This document shows, in pieces, positions 55,407-64,000 of a DNA stretch of 64,000 bases (position 1 is the first letter of the stretch; each line of letters starts with the position of its first letter). The notes beneath the pieces are model-generated. The model was not told the DNA's origin and did not search any database. It was given only the letters and a program-made list of their open reading frames with translations. Source of the DNA: a virus. Made by a program: the position numbers and the translations under genes. The DNA is taken from positions 1 to 64,000 of the IMG/VR virus record IMGVR_UViG_3300029220_000234; one strand, given 5' to 3'.

Positions 55407-56132
55407 ATGGCGAACAATGTAACCCGTACAACTTGTCGTTCTTGCAGCAACCCATACTATGTTCGAGCACGAATCATCGCAAAAAGTGCCGGTAGTCCCG
55501 CGTATCGATTTGACATCAATGAAAGTGTAAGTCTTCCGATGTACCAACATGGCTTTGTCAGGGACATAATTGACGGCGGCAAAATATATGTCGTGCAGAT
55601 GTTCGAATCGACCGAATACCGCTGCTATGCGTGGCCTGACATGAGACCGGAATACGGATACAAAGATATCGGTTCCATCTACGGAAAGCCGAACCCGCAC
55701 AAGCCACTTCCGGTCAGTAACTACAATCACACCGTTCGATTTTTGCTGGGTTTCCTGTACTTCTATAATGTTGATTTGACACCCGCTTATCAGAGCCACT
55801 ATGCCTGGAACGAAGCACGGAAAGTCGCATATCTTGCTGATATTTTCGCGGGAAAAAATGCCGGAGAAGTCGTATTTCAGGAAGTTCCGTCATCTGACCC
55901 GAAACCAAAATATCAACTCATCAAAGGAGAACAAGAAGCCATCACACTTCGAGAGTTTTACGAAAATCGACTCTTGTACAAAAAAGCATGCTACAACGAC
56001 ATTCGTGCGGAGGATGTTTCCCAGTTTAACTACACCTTGCTGCGAATGATTGTCTACAACCAAAAGCACAAACCTTCCACTACATACGAAGACATATCAC
56101 TTATCGGCGGGATACTCTTAGGAAGGTACTAA
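55407..56132 (+). CDS. Hypothetical protein
   Basis: RBS AAAAAGGAGTGTATTTGAAA-ATG. Confidence 0.5.
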   Translation: MANNVTRTTCRSCSNPYYVRARIIAKSAGSPAYRFDINESVSLPMYQHGFVRDIIDGGKIYVVQMFESTEYRCYAWPDMRPEYGYKDIGSIYGKPNPHKPLPVSNYNHTVRFLLGFLYFYNVDLTPAYQSHYAWNEARKVAYLADIFAGKNAGEVVFQEVPSSDPKPKYQLIKGEQEAITLREFYENRLLYKKACYNDIRAEDVSQFNYTLLRMIVYNQKHKPSTTYEDISLIGGILLGRY

Positions 56133-56164
56133 AACCAAAAAACAATAACGAAGGAGTAATTTTT

Positions 56165-56674
56165 ATGAACATGGTAACTGAAACAAAGCGCCTCGATTAC
56201 TGCGACAAATTGGTCGATTTTTACAAAAGCATCGATTGGGGCTGGCTCTTTGATTTCGTCCGTAAAAAATACGGCGTTGGAATGGTGCAGCACCCTGAAG
56301 CCAAGATGAGCAAGGATGGACGTATCGAAGTTTCTTGGCCTGAAAATCTCAAAGACAAATGCGGTCTGCTCGGAAAGGCATATCGTGAAGTACGCCTGCG
56401 GACCTTCTCGTCGCTCAATTTCCATGACGTGACCTACGACAAGGACATTCTGGACGAGTATAAGAAGCGGCCGGATTTCTACAAGCTCGACCTGTCTTAT
56501 GCCGACTTGAATGGAACCTACTCGGATGCGTACTTGCAGATTGATATTTCATTCTACTACAAGACGTACAGCGGCGGATACAATTACACCGACCTGTTCT
56601 TTGCGGAGTACCACAATGATACTGGCTGGTTCATCCGCACTGCAGAAGGTGAAAAATTCCAGCAGGAGAAGTAA
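56165..56674 (+). CDS. Hypothetical protein, paralog pair member 1
   Basis: IDWGWLFDFVRKKYGVGM motif shared with the next gene. Confidence 0.5.
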   Translation: MNMVTETKRLDYCDKLVDFYKSIDWGWLFDFVRKKYGVGMVQHPEAKMSKDGRIEVSWPENLKDKCGLLGKAYREVRLRTFSSLNFHDVTYDKDILDEYKKRPDFYKLDLSYADLNGTYSDAYLQIDISFYYKTYSGGYNYTDLFFAEYHNDTGWFIRTAEGEKFQQEK

Positions 56675-56675
56675 T

Positions 56676-57158
56676 ATGGCTAAGAAGAAAGTGCAAGTTC
56701 CGCTTGATGAGCAGGAGTCCCGCCAGGTCTATGACAAGGTCGATTGGAACTGGTTGTTCTATTTTGTTATGAACTCCTTTGGCATTGGCATTCCCGATAG
56801 CTTCCCCAAGCCTTACATCGGAAACAAGAGGGATTCCATCACTGGAATTGAGCATCCTGATGTAGCTCTCGTCTGGAAAGACGAGCTGAAGGAACACTGT
56901 GGTCCGCTTGCCGTTGCCTTGCAGAGCGTAAAGCTCATGGCTACATCAACCAAGTTCTACAAGGAAGTAGACACGGCGAGCAACGTCTTGGACTGTCAGA
57001 TGGAGCTTACCCTGTCATTCCAGTTAGCAAGCGCCACGGACGGATACAGTTATCCTCGCCTGTTGACAGCCACCTATTCTGAAAGAAGAGGTTGGCTTGT
57101 TAAAACCGCCAACGCGCTCACATTCAAGCAGAGCAAAGGACACATTGCAGTTACCTAA
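56676..57158 (+). CDS. Hypothetical protein, paralog pair member 2
   Basis: VDWNWLFYFVMNSFGIGI. Tandem paralog of 56165..56674. Confidence 0.5.
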   Translation: MAKKKVQVPLDEQESRQVYDKVDWNWLFYFVMNSFGIGIPDSFPKPYIGNKRDSITGIEHPDVALVWKDELKEHCGPLAVALQSVKLMATSTKFYKEVDTASNVLDCQMELTLSFQLASATDGYSYPRLLTATYSERRGWLVKTANALTFKQSKGHIAVT

Positions 57159-57169
57159 AGCATCACACT

Positions 57170-57213
57170 TCAGCAGCCGCTCGCCAATATGGTGGGCGGC
57201 TTTTTTTTGTTGC
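57170..57213 (+). terminator. Intrinsic terminator
   Basis: CAGCCGCTCGCCAATATGGTGGGCGGCTT followed by TTTTTTGTTG. Confidence 0.55.
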
Positions 57214-57577
57214 TGAATAGTGCGAAACGATTAGGATGAAAGATATAGCCGATATGAATGTGAAATCTCGAAGTGAGGTGACCAGCGTGGATGAATTTCA
57301 GTATATTGTGCTGCCGAATGGCAAAAAGAGATACTACCGTGAGCCTGATATGTCTCGGACGGACAGAAAAACCGCAAATATAATTTACAACCCCTGCGCC
57401 GGGAAAGCCCACTCCGTGAGGGGTGGGAGTGCGTCAAAATGCATTCGAAAATCGTGAACCCTATAACGCAAAAATGCGAGAACTGAAGAAGCGAGTCAAA
57501 AAGCAGAATGCAGAATTGCAGGCATTGGCTGAAAAGGGCGTGAAAATTTGACAACAAGGCATTTTATTTTTTCGCCC

Positions 57578-57722
57578 ACTTGTCAGCATGTGCGAATCAG
57601 AGATAATGGTATATGTACGATAGATACCATCTACAAAAAGGCGTTATTTGCGCTCGTACAAAATTCATAATTGCGCTTCATGGCGGACTTCCTGAGAAAT
57701 CGGGAGGCCCGCCTTTTTGCGT
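57578..57722 (+). promoter_or_regulatory. Promoter-leader-terminator module E
   Basis: TTGTCAGCATGTGCGAATCAGAGATAAT, GTACGATAGATACCAT(57616), CTCGTACAAAATTCATAATTGCGC, hairpin GGCGGACTTCCTGAGAAATCGGGAGGCCCGCC plus TTTTTG. Confidence 0.6.
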
Positions 57723-57739
57723 AGAAAGGAAGTATTTAT

Positions 57740-58450
57740 ATGGCAACTCGAACAATTTTATTCCGTGGCCAAACGCGACGCAAGGGTGAACGAACCTCAA
57801 TATCTGGTATCCCACTGCCAGGCATCTGGGTCACGGGCGGCGTCTTTCCTCAGAACAAGGGGTATGATTACGCGATAATCTACCAGCAAAACCCCAAGGT
57901 CGAGAAATACGTTGTACACACGGACACTATTGGCCAGTATACCGGAATCAACGATTCTCTTGGCACCTTCGTCTTTGAAGATGACTTCATCACATTCTGG
58001 CTGAAAGGTGATTCGACTCGAACTCGCTGTAAAGGTGTGGTCGAATATCCGGAATCATCAGCCTGCTTCATGGTTCGCCTTTGCGAATCCAAAGACATCG
58101 TCATGCTCAAGGATTGCTGCTGCATTCACGTGATTGGCAATGTCTTTGACGGCGAATTCGACAAGAATGAAAGCGAGATGAAACGTCTTTACGCGGAATG
58201 CTTGAACCTTGCAAAGCACATTGACACTATCATGCTCCGCTATAGCCCTGATATCGACGCTCTCGAAGCCGAAAGCCTTTCCGATATGGCTGTGCGCTTG
58301 CTCGATGGAACTTCTCGCCATGACGTTGTTAAGGGCTTGGAGGATTTTCACGACAAGTGGAGTCACTACAACGAACAGGCAGCGGCAGAATCTCAAGTGA
58401 TTCTTGACAAGATTTCTGAGCTGTTCAACAAGGGTGGTGATTGCCAATGA
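57740..58450 (+). CDS. YopX-family phage protein
   Basis: ILFRGQTRRKGE...GIWVTGGVF......YVVHTDTIGQYTGINDSLGTFVFEDDFI fits the YopX N-terminal pattern. Confidence 0.55.
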   Translation: MATRTILFRGQTRRKGERTSISGIPLPGIWVTGGVFPQNKGYDYAIIYQQNPKVEKYVVHTDTIGQYTGINDSLGTFVFEDDFITFWLKGDSTRTRCKGVVEYPESSACFMVRLCESKDIVMLKDCCCIHVIGNVFDGEFDKNESEMKRLYAECLNLAKHIDTIMLRYSPDIDALEAESLSDMAVRLLDGTSRHDVVKGLEDFHDKWSHYNEQAAAESQVILDKISELFNKGGDCQ

Positions 58451-58722
58451 CGACTGAAACCGAATACCAAAACGCTGTGAAATACCTCACCAGGCTCCTG
58501 AACGGCGGCTTGATGGGGGAACGTGGCAGCAAACCTCTGCGTATAGCCATTGAGGCTTGTGAGCTGCAAATTCCAAAGCAGCCCATCTCGAAGAACTGGT
58601 CTCCGAACCTCTGCCCACATTGCGATGCGGACCTGGGCGGCGACTGCAATGATGGCTACTATCAGAACCCGCATTATGAGCGCTGTCCTGTCTGTGGTCA
58701 GAAACTCGATTATAGCGAGTAA
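58447..58722 (+). CDS. Small Cys-rich (CxxC...CxxC) protein
   Basis: ATGA-coupled start. CPHCDADLGGDC...CPVCGQKL Zn-ribbon. Confidence 0.4.
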   Translation: MTTETEYQNAVKYLTRLLNGGLMGERGSKPLRIAIEACELQIPKQPISKNWSPNLCPHCDADLGGDCNDGYYQNPHYERCPVCGQKLDYSE

Positions 58723-58738
58723 AGGAGCGTGAAGAACT

Positions 58739-59332
58739 ATGATGTTGTCTGAGTTCGAGAAGCTCACCGGCTTAAAGGTTACGACAGCAGAATACGCAAA
58801 AATTGAGGCTGAATATATGGAAAGCCCCGATGACAAAGCAAAGTTCTGCAAGATGTGGCTCAAAAAAGGAGGGCTTCAAAAGCTCCATAACGCAAGGCTT
58901 GAGGAAATTGAACATCTGAAAAAGACCATCAAGGACCTTGAGCACAAACTTGATGAAGAGCAAGACTGGCAGATTTCTCATAAGTACGGCACGCACTACC
59001 AAAAAACATCTTATGACCATCTTACCAAACGCTGCTCTAATGAGCATCAGTTTGAGTCCGAGGCGAAAGCTGCAGAGTTCATCAGTTCTCAGTATGGTTT
59101 CGACAAAGATAGGATTGTCTTTATCCACGATGTCGAAGTCTATGAGACGAATCGGCACGGAATAACGCGTCTGAAAGAACGGCTTACTCGTTTTCCTTAC
59201 TATGTCGGTTGCAGAGCAAACTATGCACGTTTCGATGTGCGTTGCTGCGGCGGGAGTATGCAATGGGAACTTGTAGACGGAGAACTTAAAGACTATTCCA
59301 CGCCTCCATTTTTACCCGATGGGGAGCAATAG
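58739..59332 (+). CDS. Hypothetical protein
   Basis: RBS AAAGGAGCGTGAAGAACT-ATG. Confidence 0.5.
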   Translation: MMLSEFEKLTGLKVTTAEYAKIEAEYMESPDDKAKFCKMWLKKGGLQKLHNARLEEIEHLKKTIKDLEHKLDEEQDWQISHKYGTHYQKTSYDHLTKRCSNEHQFESEAKAAEFISSQYGFDKDRIVFIHDVEVYETNRHGITRLKERLTRFPYYVGCRANYARFDVRCCGGSMQWELVDGELKDYSTPPFLPDGEQ

Positions 59333-59433
59333 TTCCCCAAGAATCATCACACCGCACAGGCCCCAATGATGCCTGTGCATGATTTTTTGTATTTCATAAA
59401 ACCATCAATGTTTCAAAAGGAGTGTGTAAGCAC

Positions 59434-59838
59434 ATGATTACTTTACCTACTAACCATCCCTATTTCTTCACTTGCCCGTCTTGTGGCTGCAAACTCATTT
59501 CCGTTTCTACCGGCAACCGAGCCAAACCCCATTGCCCAAAGTGCAACTACTCAGCCGATGATGCTTTTGTGGTCAAAGACCGCGTTACGAGCGAGGCCAT
59601 GAATGTCATCGCTGACAACACAGAACTGGCTGAAAACTTTGCCGAAACCGTGAAGCGTGAAATCGCGAACGATGACGATTCATATGCACACATCGGTTTC
59701 CACTTGGCAAACGACATTCGGAATCAGAGTCCCGCGTCCGAAGTGCTCCTAACCCTCTGTGGCTGGACCATCGAGACGCTGCTTGACAAGACGCCGCCCA
59801 TCGCAATCGATGAAGGCGACAACAACAATGAAAAATAA
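59434..59838 (+). CDS. Small Zn-ribbon protein. Its 3' 100 nt are duplicated at 61555..61655
   Basis: RBS AAAGGAGTGTGTAAGCAC-ATG. CPSCGC...CPKCNY. Confidence 0.5.
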   Translation: MITLPTNHPYFFTCPSCGCKLISVSTGNRAKPHCPKCNYSADDAFVVKDRVTSEAMNVIADNTELAENFAETVKREIANDDDSYAHIGFHLANDIRNQSPASEVLLTLCGWTIETLLDKTPPIAIDEGDNNNEK

Positions 59839-59853
59839 GAGGTATACAAAAAA

Positions 59854-60264
59854 ATGTTTGAATTAAATCTTTCCAACGCTCTGGCGTTGATTGACCAGCC
59901 CGTGTGGGTCGTCACTGAAGTGCGCAGCCGCAACAAGAACGGTCGCATCTACGCAAAGTCACGTGCGAAAAGCACGGTTTATCCCGGAAACATTCAGACC
60001 GTCAGCGTTTGGCGCGGCTATACTCGCGCCGGAGACAGCGTCGGTGCGCCAAAGTGTACTGTTGAAGTCTGCATCCATACCGGCGATGACCTTGCTGACA
60101 ATGTCATCCTACCCGCTGAGCTGCTGAATGTTACGGTGTTTGACAAGAAAGAGGATGCCGAAAAAGAGCTGGCGTACCTCAACGCCAACATGAACACTAT
60201 GACATTCTCTGAACAGCGTCAGCGTGAAAACAAAAAAAACGCAACTGTATTCGGAATCGCTTGA
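59854..60264 (+). CDS. Hypothetical protein
   Basis: RBS AAGAGGTATACAAAAAA-ATG. Confidence 0.45.
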   Translation: MFELNLSNALALIDQPVWVVTEVRSRNKNGRIYAKSRAKSTVYPGNIQTVSVWRGYTRAGDSVGAPKCTVEVCIHTGDDLADNVILPAELLNVTVFDKKEDAEKELAYLNANMNTMTFSEQRQRENKKNATVFGIA

Positions 60265-60282
60265 GGCACCCTAGATTTTTCT

Positions 60283-60420
60283 GCTTGCCACTTTATGCGA
60301 GTCGGATATAATTAGAACTGTACGATAGATACCATTCTACAAAAGCACATCTTGTGCTCGTACGGTTCACAATTCTGCTTTAAGGTGGACTTCTCATTAC
60401 GAGAGGTCCGCCTTTTTGTT
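60283..60420 (+). promoter_or_regulatory. Promoter-leader-terminator module F
   Basis: CTTGCCACTTTATGCGAGTCGGATATAAT, GTACGATAGATACCAT(60320), CTCGTACGGTTCACAATTCTGC, hairpin AAGGTGGACTTCTCATTACGAGAGGTCCGCC plus TTTTTG. Confidence 0.6.
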
Positions 60421-60447
60421 TAACTATGAAAAAAGGAGTGTTTTATC

Positions 60448-61521
60448 ATGACCGAAAACGAAAAAGCAAGAGAGCTCATAGCTACCTCTGAAACGACCGT
60501 GAAGGTTGACCCCCAGAACGGCTGGTATCTCAAGCGGTTTGCCGCCCTGCAGTTTGAGGGCTCCGTGGACAATTTCAGCACAAATATGCCAATTCATGTC
60601 CTTGAACAGCAGCTTCCGAAAGATGATACCATGAAGTTGGATGACGCTGTCGCTGAAGGTCAAGATATCGATTACAGCAAGTTTTATGACGAAGATGGCT
60701 GCAGCTATTCGTCGGTCAGCGAGCTTGTAGAAGTACAGCTCGGCCTTGACGATGACGATTCAATTCGGGAATATAACGAGGAAAACCCTGACTTGCCGTA
60801 CATCCCGTATGAAAAGCTGCAGGAAATGGATACGAAGGATATTCCGGAATTGTTGTTGTCTGTCACTGATGAGGCCGACTATGTGGATGCATACAAGGAA
60901 GTAACCGATATCGCATCTTGGAATGTGGAAGTCACTCCCATGAGCAACAACTATGAAGCCATGGGATTCGCGTTCACGCATCAGGGACTCAAAGAGTACG
61001 AAAAGTCCATCGATAACCATATTTTCCATTCCTGCCGTACATATGCCTATGCAGGGGAGCAGCACAACCGCCGCGAGGGCGATTTTTATCCCATCATGGA
61101 ATTCCTGCACAGCGCCGGTGAACAGCTTCTGGTTGACGACCTTAAGCGGTTCGATGTCAAGGTGATGGAACTCGCTACTGCGGAAGAGGTGGAAAATCTT
61201 TATCGAACCGTTCCCAATGAGCCGCATCAGGCTGCTTATATCAAGGTCATGGATAGAAAAACGAATACGGTATATAGCCGCATCTATGTTTTCTGTGCAG
61301 GCCAAGAAGAGAAGTGCCTCAACGGCGATACTTATCTGAGCAATAAGCAGCATTATGTCTTGGTCAAAAAGGGTGACGATACCTATAAGGTTCCTTATCC
61401 GTTTGACTGTGATAAGACAGTTGAAGCCCTGAATAAGAAGTCCGAAAAGGAAGAGACACTGACCGCAGCACAGCGGCTGTTCTTCTGGGCAGAATACAAG
61501 AAAACTATCAAGTTGGATTGA
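60448..61521 (+). CDS. Hypothetical protein, paralog of 61866..62945
   Basis: Colinear similarity throughout (..LKRFAALQFEGSVDNFSTNMPIHVL.. versus ..LKQYAALQFPGSVDNFGTKTPIHLL..). Confidence 0.55.
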   Translation: MTENEKARELIATSETTVKVDPQNGWYLKRFAALQFEGSVDNFSTNMPIHVLEQQLPKDDTMKLDDAVAEGQDIDYSKFYDEDGCSYSSVSELVEVQLGLDDDDSIREYNEENPDLPYIPYEKLQEMDTKDIPELLLSVTDEADYVDAYKEVTDIASWNVEVTPMSNNYEAMGFAFTHQGLKEYEKSIDNHIFHSCRTYAYAGEQHNRREGDFYPIMEFLHSAGEQLLVDDLKRFDVKVMELATAEEVENLYRTVPNEPHQAAYIKVMDRKTNTVYSRIYVFCAGQEEKCLNGDTYLSNKQHYVLVKKGDDTYKVPYPFDCDKTVEALNKKSEKEETLTAAQRLFFWAEYKKTIKLD

Positions 61522-61554
61522 GGCAAATAAGCCAAGAAATTGCAACCCATGTGG

Positions 61555-61655
61555 TTGCGTCAGAGTCCCGCGTCCGAAGTGCTCCTAACCCTCTGCGGCT
61601 GGAACATTGACACGCTACTCGACAAAACGCCTCCCATCGCTATCGAGGACTGACG
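61555..61655 (+). repeat. Roughly 100-bp duplicate of the 3' end of gene 59434..59838 (gene fragment)
   Basis: CAGAGTCCCGCGTCCGAAGTGCTCCTAACCCTCTG(C/T)GGCTGGA...ACGC(T/C)(A/G)CT(C/T)GACAA(A/G)ACGCC(T/G)CCCATCGC matches 59716-59825 at about 90% identity. Confidence 0.6.
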
Positions 61656-61698
61656 CCATTGGTACTGTCCAGAACGTCAAAACTTTGGCACAAATACG

Positions 61699-61840
61699 CC
61701 TTGCCGATACGTGCGAATCAGAGATAATAATATTTGTACGATAGATATCATTTGTCTTTGACAAGGTCTCTTGTGCATGTACTATTCACAATTTCGTTGA
61801 AGAGCGGACTTCTTGTTATTCAGGAAGCCCGCTTTTTATA
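61699..61840 (+). promoter_or_regulatory. Promoter-leader-terminator module G
   Basis: CTTGCCGATACGTGCGAATCAGAGATAATAA, GTACGATAGATATCAT(61736), GCATGTACTATTCACAATTTCG, hairpin AGAGCGGACTTCTTGTTATTCAGGAAGCCCGCT plus TTTTTA. Confidence 0.55.
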
Positions 61841-61865
61841 TTAAATTTTAAGGAGTGTATTATCT

Positions 61866-62945
61866 ATGTCTAACAAAACAAACCAATCCGTTCTGGTCAA
61901 TGACACCAGCAGCTACTACCTCAAGCAGTATGCAGCCCTGCAGTTCCCGGGCTCCGTTGACAATTTCGGGACCAAGACACCCATTCATCTTTTGCAGCAG
62001 CAAGAAGAATCTGAGCGCAGCGTATCCTTACGTGAAGCTTGCGATTCGGACTATGACCTCGATGGTGCGCAGTTCTTGTTCGAGGGCGCGACTTATGACT
62101 CGGTGACAGATTTGGTCAAGGACAATCTGTGCCTTGACGACGAAGAATCGATTCAGAAATACAATGAGCATCCTCGGTTTGACCCGTTTATTCCGTACGA
62201 TGAACTGGTTGACAAAAAGAATGCCGACAGGGAAGACATCCGCGATATTCGTGATTCGCACCGTCTCGACACGATGGCCGACTATGTCGATATGTACTCC
62301 ACGGCAAGCGGGTATGATACAGCAGATGACATCACGGTTCTGCTTCCTTCTTCCTCGTATGAAACTGTGGGTATGGCGTTCACACATCAGGCTCTCAAGC
62401 AGTATGAGAAGTCGATTGACAATCATCTGTTCCGTAAGCACCGTTGCTATGCGGCGTGCGGAGAAGGCTATGGCCGTGAAGCTGGCGACTACTATCCCAT
62501 CATGAATTTTATTCGTGATGCAGGGGAACAGCTGCTGGTTCAGGACCTTGAGAATTTCGATGTCAAGGTCATGGAACTCGCTTCCGACGATGAAGTCGCT
62601 GACTTTTATTGCGAACATCCTCACGAGTTGTTTCGAGCTGCTTATATCAAAGTCTCTGAAAAAGACACCATTGGCAAATGCTATTCTCGTCTGTACGTCT
62701 TTTGCTCCGGTCACGAGGAAACCTTCTCTGACGGAAGCAGTTTCCCGGTTTGCGACAGCCATTATGTCAAGGCCGTCAAGGAAGGGAAGGAATACAAAGT
62801 TCCTTATCCTTTTGACTGCAACCGTTTCGCCGATGAACTGAACAAAAAGTCCAATGAAAAGGAACGCTTGACACCCGCTCAGCGTCTCTTCTTCTGGACC
62901 GAATACAAACGTACAAATGATTTAAGGAGAAAAAGAAATGATTAG
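61866..62945 (+). CDS. Hypothetical protein, paralog of 60448..61521
   Basis: See 60448..61521. Confidence 0.55.
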   Translation: MSNKTNQSVLVNDTSSYYLKQYAALQFPGSVDNFGTKTPIHLLQQQEESERSVSLREACDSDYDLDGAQFLFEGATYDSVTDLVKDNLCLDDEESIQKYNEHPRFDPFIPYDELVDKKNADREDIRDIRDSHRLDTMADYVDMYSTASGYDTADDITVLLPSSSYETVGMAFTHQALKQYEKSIDNHLFRKHRCYAACGEGYGREAGDYYPIMNFIRDAGEQLLVQDLENFDVKVMELASDDEVADFYCEHPHELFRAAYIKVSEKDTIGKCYSRLYVFCSGHEETFSDGSSFPVCDSHYVKAVKEGKEYKVPYPFDCNRFADELNKKSNEKERLTPAQRLFFWTEYKRTNDLRRKRND

Positions 62946-63114
62946 ATTCTATATTTCCAATCCGGATGATTTTGACGAAGCCTGTGAGGCTCTTGACTCC
63001 TGCGGTGTTGAATTTGAATTGGACGGAGGCGACCGCATTATAGTTGAAGATGAACTTCGCCAGGATGCGCTCAGTGTCTTCGACGAATATGACATTGATG
63101 CTGAGGAGGTCTGA
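62938..63114 (+). CDS. Small acidic protein, family member 1 of 3
   Basis: ATGA-coupled. MIRFYISNPDDFDEACEALDSCGVEFELDGGDRIIVEDE... is shared with 63330..63497. Confidence 0.35.
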   Translation: MIRFYISNPDDFDEACEALDSCGVEFELDGGDRIIVEDELRQDALSVFDEYDIDAEEV

Positions 63115-63117
63115 ACT

Positions 63118-63330
63118 ATGCTGCGTCCCAACAAAATCAGTCCCCAAAAACCATGCCCATTCTGCGGTGCCTTTCTCGAAAATCAAGCACCCAGCGTCCT
63201 CTGGTGCCACCCGCAAAACGGTTGTTTGCTGAGTCTCCGTGCTATCGCCGGAGACGACCAAATTGCTCAGTGGGATACGCGATACGGTGAGACGGCTGGC
63301 AAAAGCAATGTAAATTGTGAGGAACGATAA
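63118..63330 (+). CDS. Small Cys-containing protein
   Basis: RBS GAGGAGGTCTGAACT-ATG. CPFCGAFLEN... Confidence 0.4.
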   Translation: MLRPNKISPQKPCPFCGAFLENQAPSVLWCHPQNGCLLSLRAIAGDDQIAQWDTRYGETAGKSNVNCEER

Positions 63331-63497
63331 TGGCCAGATTTTTCGTTTATAGCACGAAGGAAGCTGCTGTGGCTTTGAAAGAAGCGCATATCCCTTACCG
63401 GGTACACGGCGAATGCTGTATATCGGTGAACAATGATGATTACAGCACCGCTGTTGAGGCTTTCTTTCGCAACGATGTAAGTTTTCAACCGGAATAA
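63330..63497 (+). CDS. Small acidic protein, family member 2 of 3
   Basis: TAATG-coupled. MARFFVYSTKEAAVALKEAHIPYRVHGECCISVNNDDYSTAVEAFFRNDVSF. Confidence 0.35.
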   Translation: MARFFVYSTKEAAVALKEAHIPYRVHGECCISVNNDDYSTAVEAFFRNDVSFQPE

Positions 63498-63701
63498 AGG
63501 AGGTATTTCTCATTACAAGATTCTTGGCGTTTGGCCTTGCTGCCGCATGCGCCGCACTTGCTCAGGAAGCGATTCCGTATTCACTTGACTGCCATCGACT
63601 GATTCTGGTTGATGAAAGCCATTACTTTGAAACCATTGATATTTTCGATGATTACGACATCGATTTCGATGTTATCGGAAATTTTTGAAAGGAGAACTGT
63701 T

Positions 63702-63977
63702 ATGTTTACAAAAGAACTCTATAAAATCACATGTACCCGCAACGGTGAAACCAGCGATATCGGCACTTATTTGCTGAAGCCTGGTCCCGAGGCTCCAATG
63801 GACTGCTACCGCAACTTTTTGAACAAAACGGATGTGGCCGTTTCCATCAAAAGCGTACCGGACGGATTTATCATCACTGATAATTCTGAACCTGACACCA
63901 GCTACCACCTGATGTTTATCCCGATGGACGACGATTTCTGGGCCCGCTGCGCGGCTGAGAAAGAAACGAAACAATAA
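63702..63977 (+). CDS. Hypothetical protein
   Basis: RBS GAAAGGAGAACTGTT-ATG. Confidence 0.45.
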   Translation: MFTKELYKITCTRNGETSDIGTYLLKPGPEAPMDCYRNFLNKTDVAVSIKSVPDGFIITDNSEPDTSYHLMFIPMDDDFWARCAAEKETKQ

Positions 63978-64000
63978 TATTTGCCCCTTCATCCCTTTTG

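Overview
Contiguous phage/prophage-like region, probably from a Clostridia-type Firmicute. Coding density is high and almost entirely on the + strand from about 5.4 kb onward. The left edge carries a minus-strand Y-family polymerase plus a YolD-like gene and a short minus-strand operon of Zn-ribbon repeat proteins. I see no rRNA, tRNA or CRISPR array. Protein-coding content includes: a flotillin / membrane protein / vWA module; a PLD-like + SF3 NTPase protein, an SF2 helicase and a UvrD-like helicase; NADAR and Macro-domain enzymes beside a nucleotidyltransferase; a GIY-YIG homing endonuclease, N6-adenine methyltransferase, DUF4145 protein and DUF262-HNH nuclease cluster; a ParB-like nuclease, an MBL-fold (ComEC-like) lipoprotein, a radical-SAM enzyme, a zeta-toxin-like kinase and YopX; and many small genes of unknown function, several in paralogous sets. 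Two RNA-guided-nuclease (OMEGA) loci stand out. One is a complete IscB IS element with a presumptive upstream omega-RNA, inserted exactly between the RBS and the ATG of a lipoprotein gene. The other is a Zn-finger-less TnpB gene, with a truncated TnpB remnant elsewhere. The most striking non-coding signal is a phage-specific promoter consensus (TTGnnn ... TGTGCGAAT ... TAcAATA) used about 20 times. About half of these promoters are followed by a short leader and an intrinsic-terminator-like hairpin directly in front of the RBS. This includes eight copies of a roughly 140-bp promoter / GTACGATAGATA-leader / terminator module.
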